From Chthoniobacteraceae bacterium (lineage in GTDB: Bacteria; Verrucomicrobiota; Verrucomicrobiia; Chthoniobacterales; Chthoniobacteraceae): a stretch of DNA of 64,000 nt. Below the pieces are notes generated by a model. It saw only the letters and a program-made list of their open reading frames with translations, had not been told where the DNA came from and searched no databases. The stretch spans positions 1 to 64,000 of the forward strand of contig JANNWY010000160.1 of NCBI GenBank assembly GCA_031409335.1, given 5' to 3'. A program made the translations under genes and the position numbers. This document shows, piece after piece, positions 26,079 to 38,000 of this stretch (within the stretch, counting starts at the first letter, position 1; each line of letters begins with the position of its first letter).

Positions 26079-29000
26079 ATGTTTCCGTCCCTGCTCATGC
26101 GTGCCACGCTGTGGATCGCGATGCTCGCCGCATTTTTCGGAGCGCCAGCATTCGCGCTTGATCCGCGGATCAATGAATTCGTGGCCGAAAACCAAACCGG
26201 CCTTGCGGATGAGGACGGGGCCGAGGTGGATTGGGTGGAGATTTTCAATCCCAATCCCATCGCACTGGATCTGGCCGGATGGTATCTTACCGATGACGTT
26301 TTGGCACCGACGAAGTGGCAGTTTCCCGCGGTCAGCATCAATGGGAACGGCTACCTCATCGTCTTTCTGTCTGGCAAAGACCGGCGCGTGCCTGGCCAGA
26401 ATCTTCACACGAATTTCAGTCTGAAAGCGACGGGTGAAACGATCGCGCTCTTTCAACCAAATGGCTCGAATGCGGCGGGCATCTTTGTTTTCGGGCCGCA
26501 ACAGCCGGACGTTTCCTACGGGCTGGCTTCGGTCGCGACCAATGCCGAAACGCTGGTCGCGGCCAACGCGCCGGCCCGCGCATTCATCCCCGCCAACAAC
26601 GCACTCGGCACGACGTGGACCGATGTGGCGTTCAACGATTCCGCGTGGGCAAGCGGCCTGCAGGCGGTCGGCTACGAAACCTCGACCGGCTACGAAAGTC
26701 TCATCGGGCTGAATGTCGGCGCGGCGATGAACACGGTGAACGCGAGCTGTTATGTCCGCATTCCTTTTACCGTCTCAAATCTCGCCAACCTGCTCTCCCT
26801 CACGCTGCGGATGCGCTATGACGATGGCTTCGCGGTGTATCTCAACGGCACGCCGCTGCCGACCGCGGGCCGCAATGCACCGGGCACGCTGGCGCACAAT
26901 TCGCCGGCCTCCGGCGAGCACAACGACAGCGAGGCCGTGCTGTTTGAAGGCATCAACATCACGCAGCATCTCGGCCTGCTCGTGAATGGCGCGAACGTCC
27001 TCGCGATCCATGGCATGAATGTGCTGCTTTCGAGCAGCGATTTTCTCATCGGCGCGCAGCTCGTGCTCACGCGCGGCACGTTCACAAATGGCTTCATGAC
27101 GGTGCCCACTCCCGGCGCTGCGAATAGCACGGGCGTCCAGGGTTTCGTGGGCGACACGCACTTTTCCGCGGACCGCGGATTTTACACGACGCCGTTCGCG
27201 GTCGCGATCACCTGCGACACGCCGGGGGCGGTCATCCGTTACACGCGGAATGGCAACGCGCCGACCGCAACCACGGGCTTCGTGTATTCCGCGCCGGTCA
27301 CGATCGACGCCACGACGACGCTGCGCGCGACGGCGTTCAAGGACGGATTTGTGCCGAGCAATGTCGATACGCACACCTATTTTTTCCTGACGGATGTGAT
27401 CGCCCAATCCGCCGCGGGCACCGCGCCGCCGGGATGGCCCGCGAGTTCGGTGAATGGCCAGGTCTTCGACTACGGAATGGACCCGAATGTCGTCGGGCCA
27501 AACGAAGCTGCGCTGCGTGCCGGGCTCGTCAGCATTCCCACGATCTCGATCGTCACCGACCTGCCAAATCTCGTCGATCCCGCGACCGGCATTTACGTCA
27601 ACCCATACGATCACGGCGACGGATGGGAGCGGCCCGCCTCCTTCGAGATCTTGAACGATCCGATCCATCCCGCGCCCGGTGGTTTTCAGCAAAATGGCGG
27701 ACTGCGTCTCCGAGGTGGATTCAGCCGCGATCCGAACAATCCGAAGCATTCGTTTCGCCTTTTTTTCCGTTCCGAATACGGAAAGGGAAAAATGCAGTAC
27801 GCGCTCTTTGGCGATGACGGCGCGCCGGATTTCGACGGCTTCGACCTGCGCACTTCGCAGGATGCGTCGTGGGCTTTTCTCGGGAGTGCGGAAAATACTT
27901 TCCTCCGCGATGAAGTGGCGCGCGCCACCCAGGTGCTCATCGCCCCCGGCTCGCGCTGCCGCTACTTTCACGTGTATCTGAATGGCCAGTACTGGGGCCT
28001 CTACAACACCGACGAGCGCCCCAACAACAACTTCGGCGAGCAATATCTCGGCGGGAAAAAAGAGGATTACGACGTCCTGAAATCCGCCGGTGCCAGCGGC
28101 GGCTACGCGACCGAGGCGAGCGATGGGACGATGACTCCGGGCACCAGCGCGTGGAGCCTGCTCTGGTCTGGCGCGCGCGCCGTGCGCACGACTCCGACGA
28201 ACGCGAATTACTTCAAACTCATGGGCCGCGCTGCGGACGGCGTGACGCCGACGAGCGATCCCGTGGTCCTCGATCCAGTGAATCTCGCCGACTACTTTTG
28301 CGTGCTCTTTTACATGGGCGGCGACGACGGGCCGGTGTCCGATTACGTCGGCGCGTCGAACAACTGGTTCGGAATGCGACGGCGCGGCGGCAGGAGCGGG
28401 TTCCAGTTTTTCATCCACGATTTCGAGCAATCCCTCGGCCTCGAAGGCGGCACGAACCAGCGCGTGGGCCGCGGCGCAACCATCGCGCCGTGGTCGAACA
28501 CAGTGACTGGCGTGAACGATTACACGCGCAGCAATCCCGAATTCATTCACGAAGACCTCGCCTGGAATTCGGAATACCGCGTCCTCTTTGGCGACCGCGC
28601 GCACAAACATTTCTTTAACAATGGCGCGATGACCGATGCGAAAGTGCTCGCGCGGATGCAATCGTTCGCGGCGCTCATCGACACCGCGATTTGGGGCGAA
28701 TGCGCGCGCTGGGGTGACGCGCAGCGCGAACCGCCGTTCCTGCGCGGCGACTGGCTCGGCGCGAATAACCGGCTCTACAATTTCATCAACCGCGGCACCA
28801 CCGGCAGCAGCGGGCCGGGTCGCGCGGCAACGCTGGTCGCACAACTCCGCGGCTACGACAGCGGCACGAAACGACTTTATCCACTCACGAACGCGCCCGT
28901 TTTCAGCCAGCACGGCGGTGGCATCCCCGCCATCGGCACGAGCATCACGATGACGCAAACGAACACCGGCGCGACGACGCTTTACTACACGCTCGATGCC

Positions 29001-30047
29001 ACCGATCCGCGCCTGGTCGGCGGCGCGGTGCGGCCCGGCGCGCTCATCTACGGCGGCCCCGTTCTTCTAAATGCGTGGACCACGACGGTGAAGGCGCGTG
29101 TGCTCAAAGGCGCCGAATGGAGCGCGCTCAACGAGGCGGTTTTTGTGCGCAGCTCGAATCCGCCGCCTTTGCGCATCGTGGAAATCTCCGCGCAACCGAT
29201 TGGGCCTAGCGCTTCGGAAATCGCCGCGGGTTTTACCGACAAGGAGGACTTCGAATTTATCGAGCTGATGAACACGGGCGCGGAGTCGCTGAATCTGCGC
29301 GACATGCGCTTCACCAAGGGAATCGACTTCACGTTCACCGACGCCACGCTCGCGCCCGGCGAACGCGCATTGCTCGTGCGAAATCGCGCCGCGTTTCAAG
29401 CTCGCCACGGCACCGGCCCGCGCGTGCTCGGCGAGTATTTCGGCAGCCTCGACGACGGCGGCGAGCGGCTCGCGCTGCTCTCCGCGCTTGGCACCATGGT
29501 TTCCGATTTCTCTTACGACACCACCGCGCCGTGGCCCACCGGCCTCATCGGCGGCAGCCTCACCCTGCGCGCCCCCACGCTTGAACCCGCGAATCCCGGG
29601 AGCTGGCGCAGCAGCGTCGCCGCGGGAGGCAGCCCGGCGACTTCAGATTCCACCAGCTACGCCGCATGGAAAACCGGGAACGGTGTGACGAGCGACACGC
29701 TCGATGGCGACAGCGACGGCCTGCTCCCGCTCGCCGAATACGCCTCCGGCGGCTCGCCGACCGCCAGCGACGCCGCGCGAAATCCGACCACCACCATCGC
29801 CACGCTGCCCGGCCCGCCGCCCGGAAACTATGTCCTGTTCAGCTTCCGCTGGCGGCGCGGCGCGGACGATGTGACCCCGAGCGTGCAGCAGAGCAGCGAT
29901 TTCAATACCTGGAGCAATGCCGCCACCGGCACATGGTCCATCGTCGCTCAAAACGACGGCACCGATCTGATCACCATCAAAACGATCCCCGCATTCCCCG
30001 TCAGCCCGCCCGTCTTCCTGCGCCTCGAGTGGCGGACACTGCCTTAG
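26079..30047 (+). CDS. Secreted lamin-tail domain / CotH kinase / Fn3-associated protein (CotH-1)
   Basis: INEFVAEN...DWVEIFN (LTD); IRYTRNGNAP; PKHSFRL, NGQYWGLY, ERP, NNW, HDFE (CotH); second LTD; DxDxDG C-terminal domain. Confidence 0.88.
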   Translation: MFPSLLMRATLWIAMLAAFFGAPAFALDPRINEFVAENQTGLADEDGAEVDWVEIFNPNPIALDLAGWYLTDDVLAPTKWQFPAVSINGNGYLIVFLSGKDRRVPGQNLHTNFSLKATGETIALFQPNGSNAAGIFVFGPQQPDVSYGLASVATNAETLVAANAPARAFIPANNALGTTWTDVAFNDSAWASGLQAVGYETSTGYESLIGLNVGAAMNTVNASCYVRIPFTVSNLANLLSLTLRMRYDDGFAVYLNGTPLPTAGRNAPGTLAHNSPASGEHNDSEAVLFEGINITQHLGLLVNGANVLAIHGMNVLLSSSDFLIGAQLVLTRGTFTNGFMTVPTPGAANSTGVQGFVGDTHFSADRGFYTTPFAVAITCDTPGAVIRYTRNGNAPTATTGFVYSAPVTIDATTTLRATAFKDGFVPSNVDTHTYFFLTDVIAQSAAGTAPPGWPASSVNGQVFDYGMDPNVVGPNEAALRAGLVSIPTISIVTDLPNLVDPATGIYVNPYDHGDGWERPASFEILNDPIHPAPGGFQQNGGLRLRGGFSRDPNNPKHSFRLFFRSEYGKGKMQYALFGDDGAPDFDGFDLRTSQDASWAFLGSAENTFLRDEVARATQVLIAPGSRCRYFHVYLNGQYWGLYNTDERPNNNFGEQYLGGKKEDYDVLKSAGASGGYATEASDGTMTPGTSAWSLLWSGARAVRTTPTNANYFKLMGRAADGVTPTSDPVVLDPVNLADYFCVLFYMGGDDGPVSDYVGASNNWFGMRRRGGRSGFQFFIHDFEQSLGLEGGTNQRVGRGATIAPWSNTVTGVNDYTRSNPEFIHEDLAWNSEYRVLFGDRAHKHFFNNGAMTDAKVLARMQSFAALIDTAIWGECARWGDAQREPPFLRGDWLGANNRLYNFINRGTTGSSGPGRAATLVAQLRGYDSGTKRLYPLTNAPVFSQHGGGIPAIGTSITMTQTNTGATTLYYTLDATDPRLVGGAVRPGALIYGGPVLLNAWTTTVKARVLKGAEWSALNEAVFVRSSNPPPLRIVEISAQPIGPSASEIAAGFTDKEDFEFIELMNTGAESLNLRDMRFTKGIDFTFTDATLAPGERALLVRNRAAFQARHGTGPRVLGEYFGSLDDGGERLALLSALGTMVSDFSYDTTAPWPTGLIGGSLTLRAPTLEPANPGSWRSSVAAGGSPATSDSTSYAAWKTGNGVTSDTLDGDSDGLLPLAEYASGGSPTASDAARNPTTTIATLPGPPPGNYVLFSFRWRRGADDVTPSVQQSSDFNTWSNAATGTWSIVAQNDGTDLITIKTIPAFPVSPPVFLRLEWRTLP

Positions 30048-30262
30048 CGGCGTTTTCAATGCTGCTGGCAGGGAGACAAAGGGATCAGGGAGGCAAAGGG
30101 ACAGGCGAATCATCAAAGAAAGGCATGTTGCGTTCTGAGCAAAGGCGAACAGCTTGCGCGCAAACCCGGACAGGTGCTTGCGGTAGCAGAGGCGAAGGAC
30201 ATTTTTCCGGCGGATCGCGTGGCGCGCTTGCCATTGTCCGGATGGGTGCTAATGCCTCGGCA

Positions 30263-31252
30263 ATGGCTACCTACTCAAAGCGTGATTTTTCCAACACACC
30301 GCCCAATCTGGAGAGCTTGAAGAAATTTGCGGCGCTGGTCTGGGTCGTGCCCGTGCTTTTCGTGCTGTGGGCGATTCTCTCGACTTATTACACCGTCCCG
30401 GCGGATTCCGTCGGCGTGGTGTTGCGGTTTGGAAAGTATCTGGATGAGCGGCAGCCGGGACTTCATTTCAAGCTGCCCTTCGGGATCGATGACGTGACGC
30501 TGGTCGCGGTGAAGCGCCAGAACAAACTGGAGTTTGGCTTTGGCACGCGCGGCGGCACGAATGCCGACCAAGTGGGCGATGACGCGCAGGCGGAAAGGAA
30601 CATGGTCACCGGCGATTTGAACGCGGCCCTCGTGGAGTGGGTGGTGCAATACCACATCGACGCTCCGCGACTGTTCCTCTTTCACGCAAACGAACCCGCC
30701 GCGACGCTGCGCGATCTATCCGAAGCGACGATGCGCGAGGTGGTGGGCGATCGGACGGTGGACGAAGTGATCACCGTGGGGCGGCAGGAAATCGAGGATC
30801 GCTCGCTGGCCCGGCTGAAGGAGTCCTCGAAGGCCTACCAGCTCGGGTTTTCGATCGATCAGGTGCAGCTCAAAAATGTGAACCCGCCGCGTGAAGTGCA
30901 GGCTTCGTTCAACGAGGTGAACAATGCCCAGCAGGATCGCGAAAACATGATCAACATCGCCAACGGCGAATACAATAAATCGGTGCCGCGCGCAAAGGGC
31001 GAGGCGGCTCAGAAAATCTCGATCGCGGAGGGCTACAAGCTCAAGCGGGTGAATGAAGCCCTGGGCGATGTCGCCGCGTTCAATTCCGTTTTTGAGCAGT
31101 ATCGCCTCGCGCCGGACGTGACGCGAAAGCGGATGCTGCTGGAGACCATGGCCGATGTCCTGCCCGGCATCCGGCAGACGACGATCGTGGATGAGAAGGT
31201 GACGCAGTTGCTCCCGCTGATGCAGGGAGTCGGAACGGGGGTGGCGAAATGA
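30263..31252 (+). CDS. hflK: FtsH modulator HflK (SPFH)
   Basis: GVVLRFGK...PGLHFKLP, MVTGDLN, VNPPREVQASFNEV, APDVTRKRM. Confidence 0.92.
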   Translation: MATYSKRDFSNTPPNLESLKKFAALVWVVPVLFVLWAILSTYYTVPADSVGVVLRFGKYLDERQPGLHFKLPFGIDDVTLVAVKRQNKLEFGFGTRGGTNADQVGDDAQAERNMVTGDLNAALVEWVVQYHIDAPRLFLFHANEPAATLRDLSEATMREVVGDRTVDEVITVGRQEIEDRSLARLKESSKAYQLGFSIDQVQLKNVNPPREVQASFNEVNNAQQDRENMINIANGEYNKSVPRAKGEAAQKISIAEGYKLKRVNEALGDVAAFNSVFEQYRLAPDVTRKRMLLETMADVLPGIRQTTIVDEKVTQLLPLMQGVGTGVAK

Positions 31253-32280
31253 AACCGCGCGCAATTGCATTCTTCATCCTTCTGGTGCTCGGCGTGGTGC
31301 TGCTCGCCTCGGGCTACACGGTGCGTGAGACGGAGACTGCGATCGTCACGCGCTTTGGGCGTCCGGTGGGCGCGCCGAGGGTCGATCCCGGCCTGTATTT
31401 CAAGATCCCGTTTATCGAAGTGGTGAACAGGCAGGAGAAACGCGTGCTCGAATGGGACGGGGCGCCGGTCGAAATGCCGACCAAAGACAAAACCTACGTC
31501 GAAGTGGACACCTTCGCGCGCTGGCGCATCGCCGATCCCACGAAGTTCTTCGTGGCCCTGAAAGACTTGCGCACGGCGCAGTCGCGGCTCGATGACATCA
31601 TTGGCAGCGAAACGCGCGCGGCGGTGGCGCGTCACGAACTCATCGAAATCATCCGCAGCGACAAGACGCGCGTCTTGAAAGTCGATCCACAGAACGCGCC
31701 ATCCGGCGGCACTGCCGTGCCGGTAAAGATCCAGCGCGGGCGGCTGGAGATTGAGCGCGATGTGCTAGCCGCGTCCGCGCCAAAGCTCGTCCAGCTCGGC
31801 TTGGAGCTGATCGATGTCCGGGTGAAGCGCGTGAATTACAACAATGCGGTGCTGCAGCGCATTTTCCAGCGGATGATGAGCGAGCGCCAGCAGATCGCCC
31901 AGCGTTTCCGCAGCGAGGGCGAGGGCGAGGCGGCGACGATCGGCGGTAAAAAAGAGCGCGATCTGCGCGAAGTGGAATCCACCGCTTACAAAAAGGTGCT
32001 GCAATTGCAGGGCGAGGCGGATGCCGAGGCGACGCGGATTTATGCCGAGTCGTTTAACAAGAGCGCCGAAGCTGCCGAGTTTTACGGCTTCATGAAGACG
32101 CTGGAGACTTACAAAAAAGTCCTCGGAAACAGCACCAGCCTGGTGCTCTCCACCGAGAGCGAGATTTTTTCGATGCTCAAGCACGCGGGAGCCAAACCCG
32201 CGGCACCGCTCATCAATCCCGCAAAGGTCGTGACGCCGGCGCCCACGGTCGTCGCACCCGCTCCTCTGGAGGCGCAATAG
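31249..32280 (+). CDS. hflC: FtsH modulator HflC (SPFH)
   Basis: AIVTRFGRP...PGLYFKIPF, RMMSERQQIAQRFRSEG, FYGFMKTLETY. Confidence 0.92.
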   Translation: MKPRAIAFFILLVLGVVLLASGYTVRETETAIVTRFGRPVGAPRVDPGLYFKIPFIEVVNRQEKRVLEWDGAPVEMPTKDKTYVEVDTFARWRIADPTKFFVALKDLRTAQSRLDDIIGSETRAAVARHELIEIIRSDKTRVLKVDPQNAPSGGTAVPVKIQRGRLEIERDVLAASAPKLVQLGLELIDVRVKRVNYNNAVLQRIFQRMMSERQQIAQRFRSEGEGEAATIGGKKERDLREVESTAYKKVLQLQGEADAEATRIYAESFNKSAEAAEFYGFMKTLETYKKVLGNSTSLVLSTESEIFSMLKHAGAKPAAPLINPAKVVTPAPTVVAPAPLEAQ

Positions 32281-32444
32281 TCGCCGGGGCTGACGCGTTG
32301 CGCGAATTCCATCGCGTGGCATGAACGCAGCCCCCGCTTTTTCCGACGCCAATTCCGGCGAATGGACACGGGCAGGGAACGAAATGGCGCAGGGAATTCT
32401 GGAACGAATCGACCAGCGATGTTACACGCCTCCGCACCCAACCA

Positions 32445-33488
32445 ATGAGCACACCCACAAACTACCGTTTTTCTTTCGGCCCCTGGAACATCAGCGAAGG
32501 CACCGACCCGTTCGGCCCGGCCACGCGCGCGACTTTCGATCACGAGGCGAAATACGCGCTCTATCGACCGCTCGGTTTTGAAGGCGTGCAGTTTCACGAT
32601 GACGACGTGGTGCCCGGCCTCGACGACCTGACTGCCGCGCAAGTGCTGCACAAAGCCGGGGAAATCCGCGCGATGCTCGCAAATCAAGGCCTGACGCCGG
32701 AATTCGTCGCGCCGCGGCTGTGGTTCGCCGACCAAACGGTGGACGGCGGCTACACGTCCAACTCCGCCTCAGACCGCCAATACGCGCTGGACCGCACGCT
32801 GCGCGCGATCGACATCGCGCGTGCCATCGGCTGCAAGGCGATCGTGCTCTGGCTGGCGCGCGAGGGCACCTACCTTCGCGAAGCAAAAAATGCCGTGGCG
32901 GCGTACATGCGCATCCTCGAAGTGGTGAACCGGATGCTCCATCACGACAAGGAAATCGAAATCTGGATTGAGCCGAAACCGAACGAGCCGACCGACCAGG
33001 CTTACGTGCCCACCATCGGCCACGCCGTCGCGCTCGCTTACGCATCGAACGATCCGAAGCGCGTGAAGGGTCTCATCGAAACCGCGCACGCGCTGCTCGC
33101 CGGGCTCGATCCCTCGGACGAAATGGCCTTCGCCCTCGCCCACGGAAAACTCGCCAGCGTTCACCTGAATGACCAGAACGGCCTGAAGTACGATCAAGAC
33201 AAAAATTTCGGTGGAGCAAATCTGCGCGCGGCGTTCAACCAAGTCCGCGTGCTGGAGGAAAACGGTTACGGCAGGGCAGGGGAATTCATCGGCCTCGATG
33301 TGAAAGCGATGCGCACCCAGAAAGGTTCACCAGTCACCGCGCACCTCACGGGCAGCCGCGAAATCTTTCAGCATCTCGTGGAAAAAGTGCGCACGTTCGA
33401 CCGCGCCGCGGAGCAAAATTTCATCGCCACGCGCGACTACGAGGGGCTCGAACTTTTCATCGTGAAACACCTGCTCGGCGTGCGCTGA
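32445..33488 (+). CDS. xylA: Xylose isomerase-like TIM-barrel sugar isomerase
   Basis: FHDDD, WLAREG, EPKPNEP, ETAH, YDQD, LDVK motifs of class I xylose isomerases. Confidence 0.75.
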   Translation: MSTPTNYRFSFGPWNISEGTDPFGPATRATFDHEAKYALYRPLGFEGVQFHDDDVVPGLDDLTAAQVLHKAGEIRAMLANQGLTPEFVAPRLWFADQTVDGGYTSNSASDRQYALDRTLRAIDIARAIGCKAIVLWLAREGTYLREAKNAVAAYMRILEVVNRMLHHDKEIEIWIEPKPNEPTDQAYVPTIGHAVALAYASNDPKRVKGLIETAHALLAGLDPSDEMAFALAHGKLASVHLNDQNGLKYDQDKNFGGANLRAAFNQVRVLEENGYGRAGEFIGLDVKAMRTQKGSPVTAHLTGSREIFQHLVEKVRTFDRAAEQNFIATRDYEGLELFIVKHLLGVR

Positions 33489-33823
33489 CGCGACAAACCG
33501 AGGGCGTCGTCGGGAGTGATCGTCAGCTTGCTCCGTGCGGGGGAATGCGATGCGCGCCCTCGCCCGTAAACGAACGCGGCGTGGAAGCAGTCACGGTGGC
33601 TGGGCATGGCCGATGAATACAAAAAGATGGCTGATAGAGCCAAGACGCGCGCTGACGACATGGCTAGTTTTTTCTCAATTAAAGCGACCGGGCATTTCGT
33701 GCCTGCGCCGCTTTCCCCCAGTAAACTCAACTCCAAACCCCGAGCGTCAGCAGTCTAATGAAATCTCCGTCCGCCTCCCCCCGTCGCGTCCGCAGCAAAC
33801 AAATCCTCAACCAAATCTCCCCT

Positions 33824-34891
33824 ATGCATACTCCAATCCGACTCATCCTTGCCGCGCAGCTCATTACGGGCGTCGCCTCCGCCGCTCTCGAGGTCACGCC
33901 GTTCCTGAACCATGCGCGCAACAACGCAATCGCCGGCACGGCGTCGCAGAGCACCACCGACTTTGGCGGTTTGGCTAGTTTCGGGAACAACGGGCTTTTC
34001 AACGGCGCCTTCCCGACCACGCATACGAACGACCCGACGGGCGGCACGGCTTTCTGGCAAGTCGATTTGGGCAGCACGCAAGCGGTCGATCAGATCGTGC
34101 TGTGGAACCGCCTCGACTGCTGCGGCGAACGGCTCACAAATTTCCGGGTGTCCGTGCTCGACGGTGCCGATATCGAATTGTGGGGCCAGAATTTTTATAC
34201 GGGCGGAGGCAACGTCGGAGTCAACGAGATCATCAATCCCCCGGTCGGAACGGCGGGCAACAAAGTCAAAGTGGGTTTCCTTCCCGGGACGGACCAGTTC
34301 CTCGCGCTCGCCGAGGTCGAAGTGCTCGATTTGAGCACCGCGCCCTTTGCCAACGTGGCGCTCGGCAAGGTCGCCACCCAATCGACCGACGGCTACGGCG
34401 GCACCCCGGACCGTGCCGTGGACGGTAACACCAGCGGCCGCTTCGGCGACAACTCCGTGACCCACACTGCCGACACCGTCGTCACGGGTTCCCCCGTGTT
34501 TTGGGAAGTCGATCTCGCTGGCGACTTCGACATCAACGAAATCGCGCTCTACAACCGCACGGACTGTTGCGACGGTCGCCTGAGCAACTACCGCCTCTCG
34601 GTATTCGACGGTGCCGCGGAAATCTGGGGAGCGGATTATTTTGTCGGCGCGGGAAGCGCGAAGTCGATCTTCAGTGTCCACGACGACGCCGGCGGCTTCT
34701 TCGCCCAGGGCGACCGCGTGCGCATTGAGTATCTCGGTGGCTTGAACAACGAAGGCGACTCGGGCGGCGGAAAATCGCTATCCCTCGCGGAAGTGCAGGT
34801 CTTCGGCCAGGCGATTCCCGAGCCAGGCGCTTTCGTCTCGCTCGCTGGCGGCATCGGGATGCTGATCGCATTGCGCCGTCGGCGCGTGTGA
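33824..34891 (+). CDS. PEP-CTERM protein with two F-type lectin/discoidin domains
   Basis: Two THT...W(Q/E)VDL...NRxDCCxxRL domains; C-terminal IPEPGAFVSLAGGIGMLIALRRRRV. Confidence 0.88.
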   Translation: MHTPIRLILAAQLITGVASAALEVTPFLNHARNNAIAGTASQSTTDFGGLASFGNNGLFNGAFPTTHTNDPTGGTAFWQVDLGSTQAVDQIVLWNRLDCCGERLTNFRVSVLDGADIELWGQNFYTGGGNVGVNEIINPPVGTAGNKVKVGFLPGTDQFLALAEVEVLDLSTAPFANVALGKVATQSTDGYGGTPDRAVDGNTSGRFGDNSVTHTADTVVTGSPVFWEVDLAGDFDINEIALYNRTDCCDGRLSNYRLSVFDGAAEIWGADYFVGAGSAKSIFSVHDDAGGFFAQGDRVRIEYLGGLNNEGDSGGGKSLSLAEVQVFGQAIPEPGAFVSLAGGIGMLIALRRRRV

Positions 34892-35023
34892 AACCACGAA
34901 GTTTTCTGGCGGGGCTCCCAATCTAGCCGACGCGAGTCGGACGCCAAACTGCCGGTCGTGTGGCCATGAGCGGTTGGTCGATGCCAAATTTTATTGCTGA
35001 GAATGAAGAACCAAACCACTGCC

Positions 35024-38000
35024 ATGAAACCTCGTAAGACCACCGTCCGCTCCGTCCGCTCCGTCCTCACCGCGTCCATCGCCGCGCTCCTCGGCTCTGC
35101 CGCCGCGAGCCACGCCGCCGTCATCATCTGGGGAGATGCGACAACCATCGTCGGCAACACGGATGTGTTAACCGTCGGCACCCTCGGCTACGCCTACAAC
35201 ATGTCGAACACCGCGGCGGCATCGGCGACGGTGAATACCGTCGCTTTCACCGCCTCGAACAGCGCCACCGCGCTCGGGACGAACGTCACCATCGCCGGAC
35301 TGGGCGCGAACAATGGGACGGCGTTCGGAAGTGCCGCGGGCAATCCCTACGCACTACTCCCCGCGGCTTACAAAAACCTGCTCAGGGGCGGCGACTTCGG
35401 TGGCGTCGCGCCAGCAACGCTGACGCTGAACAACCTGATCGCGGGCCACAGCTACGCCACGCAAATCTGGGTGAATGACAACCGCTCGCTCGGCGGCGCG
35501 GACCGCAAGGAGGCGGTGACGGGCGGCGGCGGAAACACCGTGACGCTCGACTACAACAGTATCAATGCGGACGGCGGCGTCGGCCAGTATGCGATCGGCC
35601 TCTTCAACGCCAGCGCGACAACGCAGGCGTTCTCGCTCATCGGGAATGCTTCGACGCAGTTCAACTCGATCCAGGTCCGCGATGTGACGAATCTCGGCTA
35701 CTGGGTCGGCACGGGCGGCGCGACGTGGGATGCGTCCACGACGGCGAATTTTGCCAGCAATCTTTTCAGCGCGGCACTGACCACGACCGATTTTGCGACC
35801 GCGAAAGCGCCGCTGAAATCCGTGACCTTCGCCGACACGTACTGGAACAGCGGCGCGCAGATCGCGGTGACGCAGACGGCGATCACCGTCGCGGCGGGTG
35901 GCGTCTCGACGGGTCGCGTGGCGTTTGAAAACACCGCGTTGAACTACACCGTCACCAGTCCGGACGCGAACGGCATCACCGGCGCGGGGAGTGTCTCGAA
36001 AGGTGGCACCGGGAGCCTGACGCTGCTTGGCGGGCACAGCTACACGGGTGGGACGTATGTGGGTGGTGGCACGCTGTTTGTCGGCAATGGGACGACGGAC
36101 GGCTTGATCACCGGAAACGTCGTGATCGGCGCTGGTGCGAATGTGACGGTGAACAATGCGGCTTCCGGGGCATTCCCCGGCGCGATCTCCGGCGCGGGTT
36201 CGCTGACGAAACTCAACACCAACACGCTGATCCTCGCCGGCGACACCAGCCATACCGGCACGACCACGATCGGGGCCGGCACGCTGGAGTTCGCGGGCAC
36301 GGGCGGGCCGCTCGGCGCGGTCGTCAACAACGGCACGCTGGTGCTGAATCGCGCCAGCGCGACTTCTATCGCCGGCCCGATCAGCGGGACCGGGTCGATC
36401 GTCCATGCCGGGGCAGGCGTCACCGCGCTCGCCGGCGCGAGCAACTTTGCGGGCGCGACGAATATCACCGGCGGCACCCTGCGTCCGGCGGTGGCGGCGG
36501 GTTCGACGCTGTGGCTCGATGCGGCAAAGACCTCGAGCTTTTCGACCAGCGGCAACTCGGTGTCGCAATGGAGCGACGCCGCGGGCGGCGTCAATTTCGC
36601 CAGCCAGGGCAACGCCCAGGCGCAGCCAACGCTGGCAGTGGACAACGCCTTCGCGGGGCCGTCGAAGAGCATGGTGGATTTCGGTGCCGACGGCAATTCC
36701 GGCCAGTGGATGCAGTTCAGCAACAACCTGACCGACATCCGCAGCGTCTTCTGGGTGATGAAAGGCTCCGGCTTCCTGCTCGGCAGCACCAGCACGTATG
36801 ATTTTCACCGCGATGACCCGCTGGCCTCGCCCACGGCGCCGATCTGGTGGGGCGACCCTGAATTCTATTCACATGCCAATATCCGCAACGGCCAGACCTA
36901 TCTGGACGGCACGCTGGTGAATGGCACCACCACGGGATTGTCGGGGAATTATCAGACGATCGATGTCATCACCACGGGCAACGTGCAGGCCAACGCGCTG
37001 GCCAATGACCGCAACATCGCCGGCCGGGTCGGTGGCCAGCAGATCGGCGAGGTCATCATCTTCAATACCGCGCTCAACACCGCGGACCGCCAGCGGGTCG
37101 AGACGTATTTGAGTTACAAGTGGTTCGGCACCGGCACGGGTGTGGGAGACATCCTGCCCGTGACCACGCCGGTGACCATTTCCGGCGGCGGCACGCTCGA
37201 TTTGAGCGGCGTGAATTACCAGACCGTCGCCTCGCTTTCCTCGGCCGATCCGGCGAGCCGCATCACGCTCGGCAGTGCGGCATTCACCGTGGGCGATGGC
37301 AGCGATACCACGTTTGGCGGCGTGATTTCCGAAGGCGGCTCGGTCACCAAAACCGGGACCGGCAAACTCACGCTGACGAACACGAACACCTACACCGGCG
37401 CGACGACGATTAGTAATGGCACGCTGGAACTCGGCGGCACCAATGGCACTCCCGGCACGGGCGCGCTCACAAACAACGCCACGCTGCGCCTGAACTGGAG
37501 CAGTGCCAATTCCCTCGCCAACCCGATCGGCGGCACGGGCGTGCTCGTCCAGGCGGGTCCGGGGACGGCCACGCTCACGGGTGCGAACACCTACACCGGC
37601 GCGACGCTCGTCTCGGGCGGTGCGCTGCAACTCAACGGTGCCGCGGCGGGGACGCTCGCGACCTCGGGCGTGACGATCAATGCCGGCGCGACGCTCGGCT
37701 TTACCAGCGGCGCCGCGAGCACGCTGAACCTCGCCGGAAAGCCGCTCTCGCTCGGCGGCACGATCGCCTTCGATCTCGGCGCGGCGGGCGTGAACGACGC
37801 GATCACCACCGGCAGTTTCACGCTGACCGGGAATAGCGCGTTCACCTTCAACGCGACCGGGGCCCTCGCCACGGGCTCCACCTACACGCTGCTGACCTCG
37901 GCGAATCCGATCGCCACGGGCGGCTTCACCATCTCCGGGCAGGCGGTGGGCAGGCTCACGCTGGCGCCGGTGATCAACAGCAACACGATCACGCTCACGC

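Noticed and set aside
30068..30105. Short tandem GGGAG(A/G)CAAAGGGA duplication
   Set aside because: Only two short units with no inverted partner; not enough to call an element.
30263..32280. hflKC without adjacent hflX/ftsH
   Set aside because: Stand-alone hflKC pairs are common.
32317..32331. TGGCATGAACGCAGC as a sigma54 promoter for the isomerase
   Set aside because: GG-N10-GC spacing fits, but the -12 TT is missing and no activator is in view; too weak in GC-rich DNA.
33489..33820. Intergenic region with repeated ATGGC(T/C) words as an ncRNA or operator array
   Set aside because: No convincing long stem, spacing regularity or known motif.
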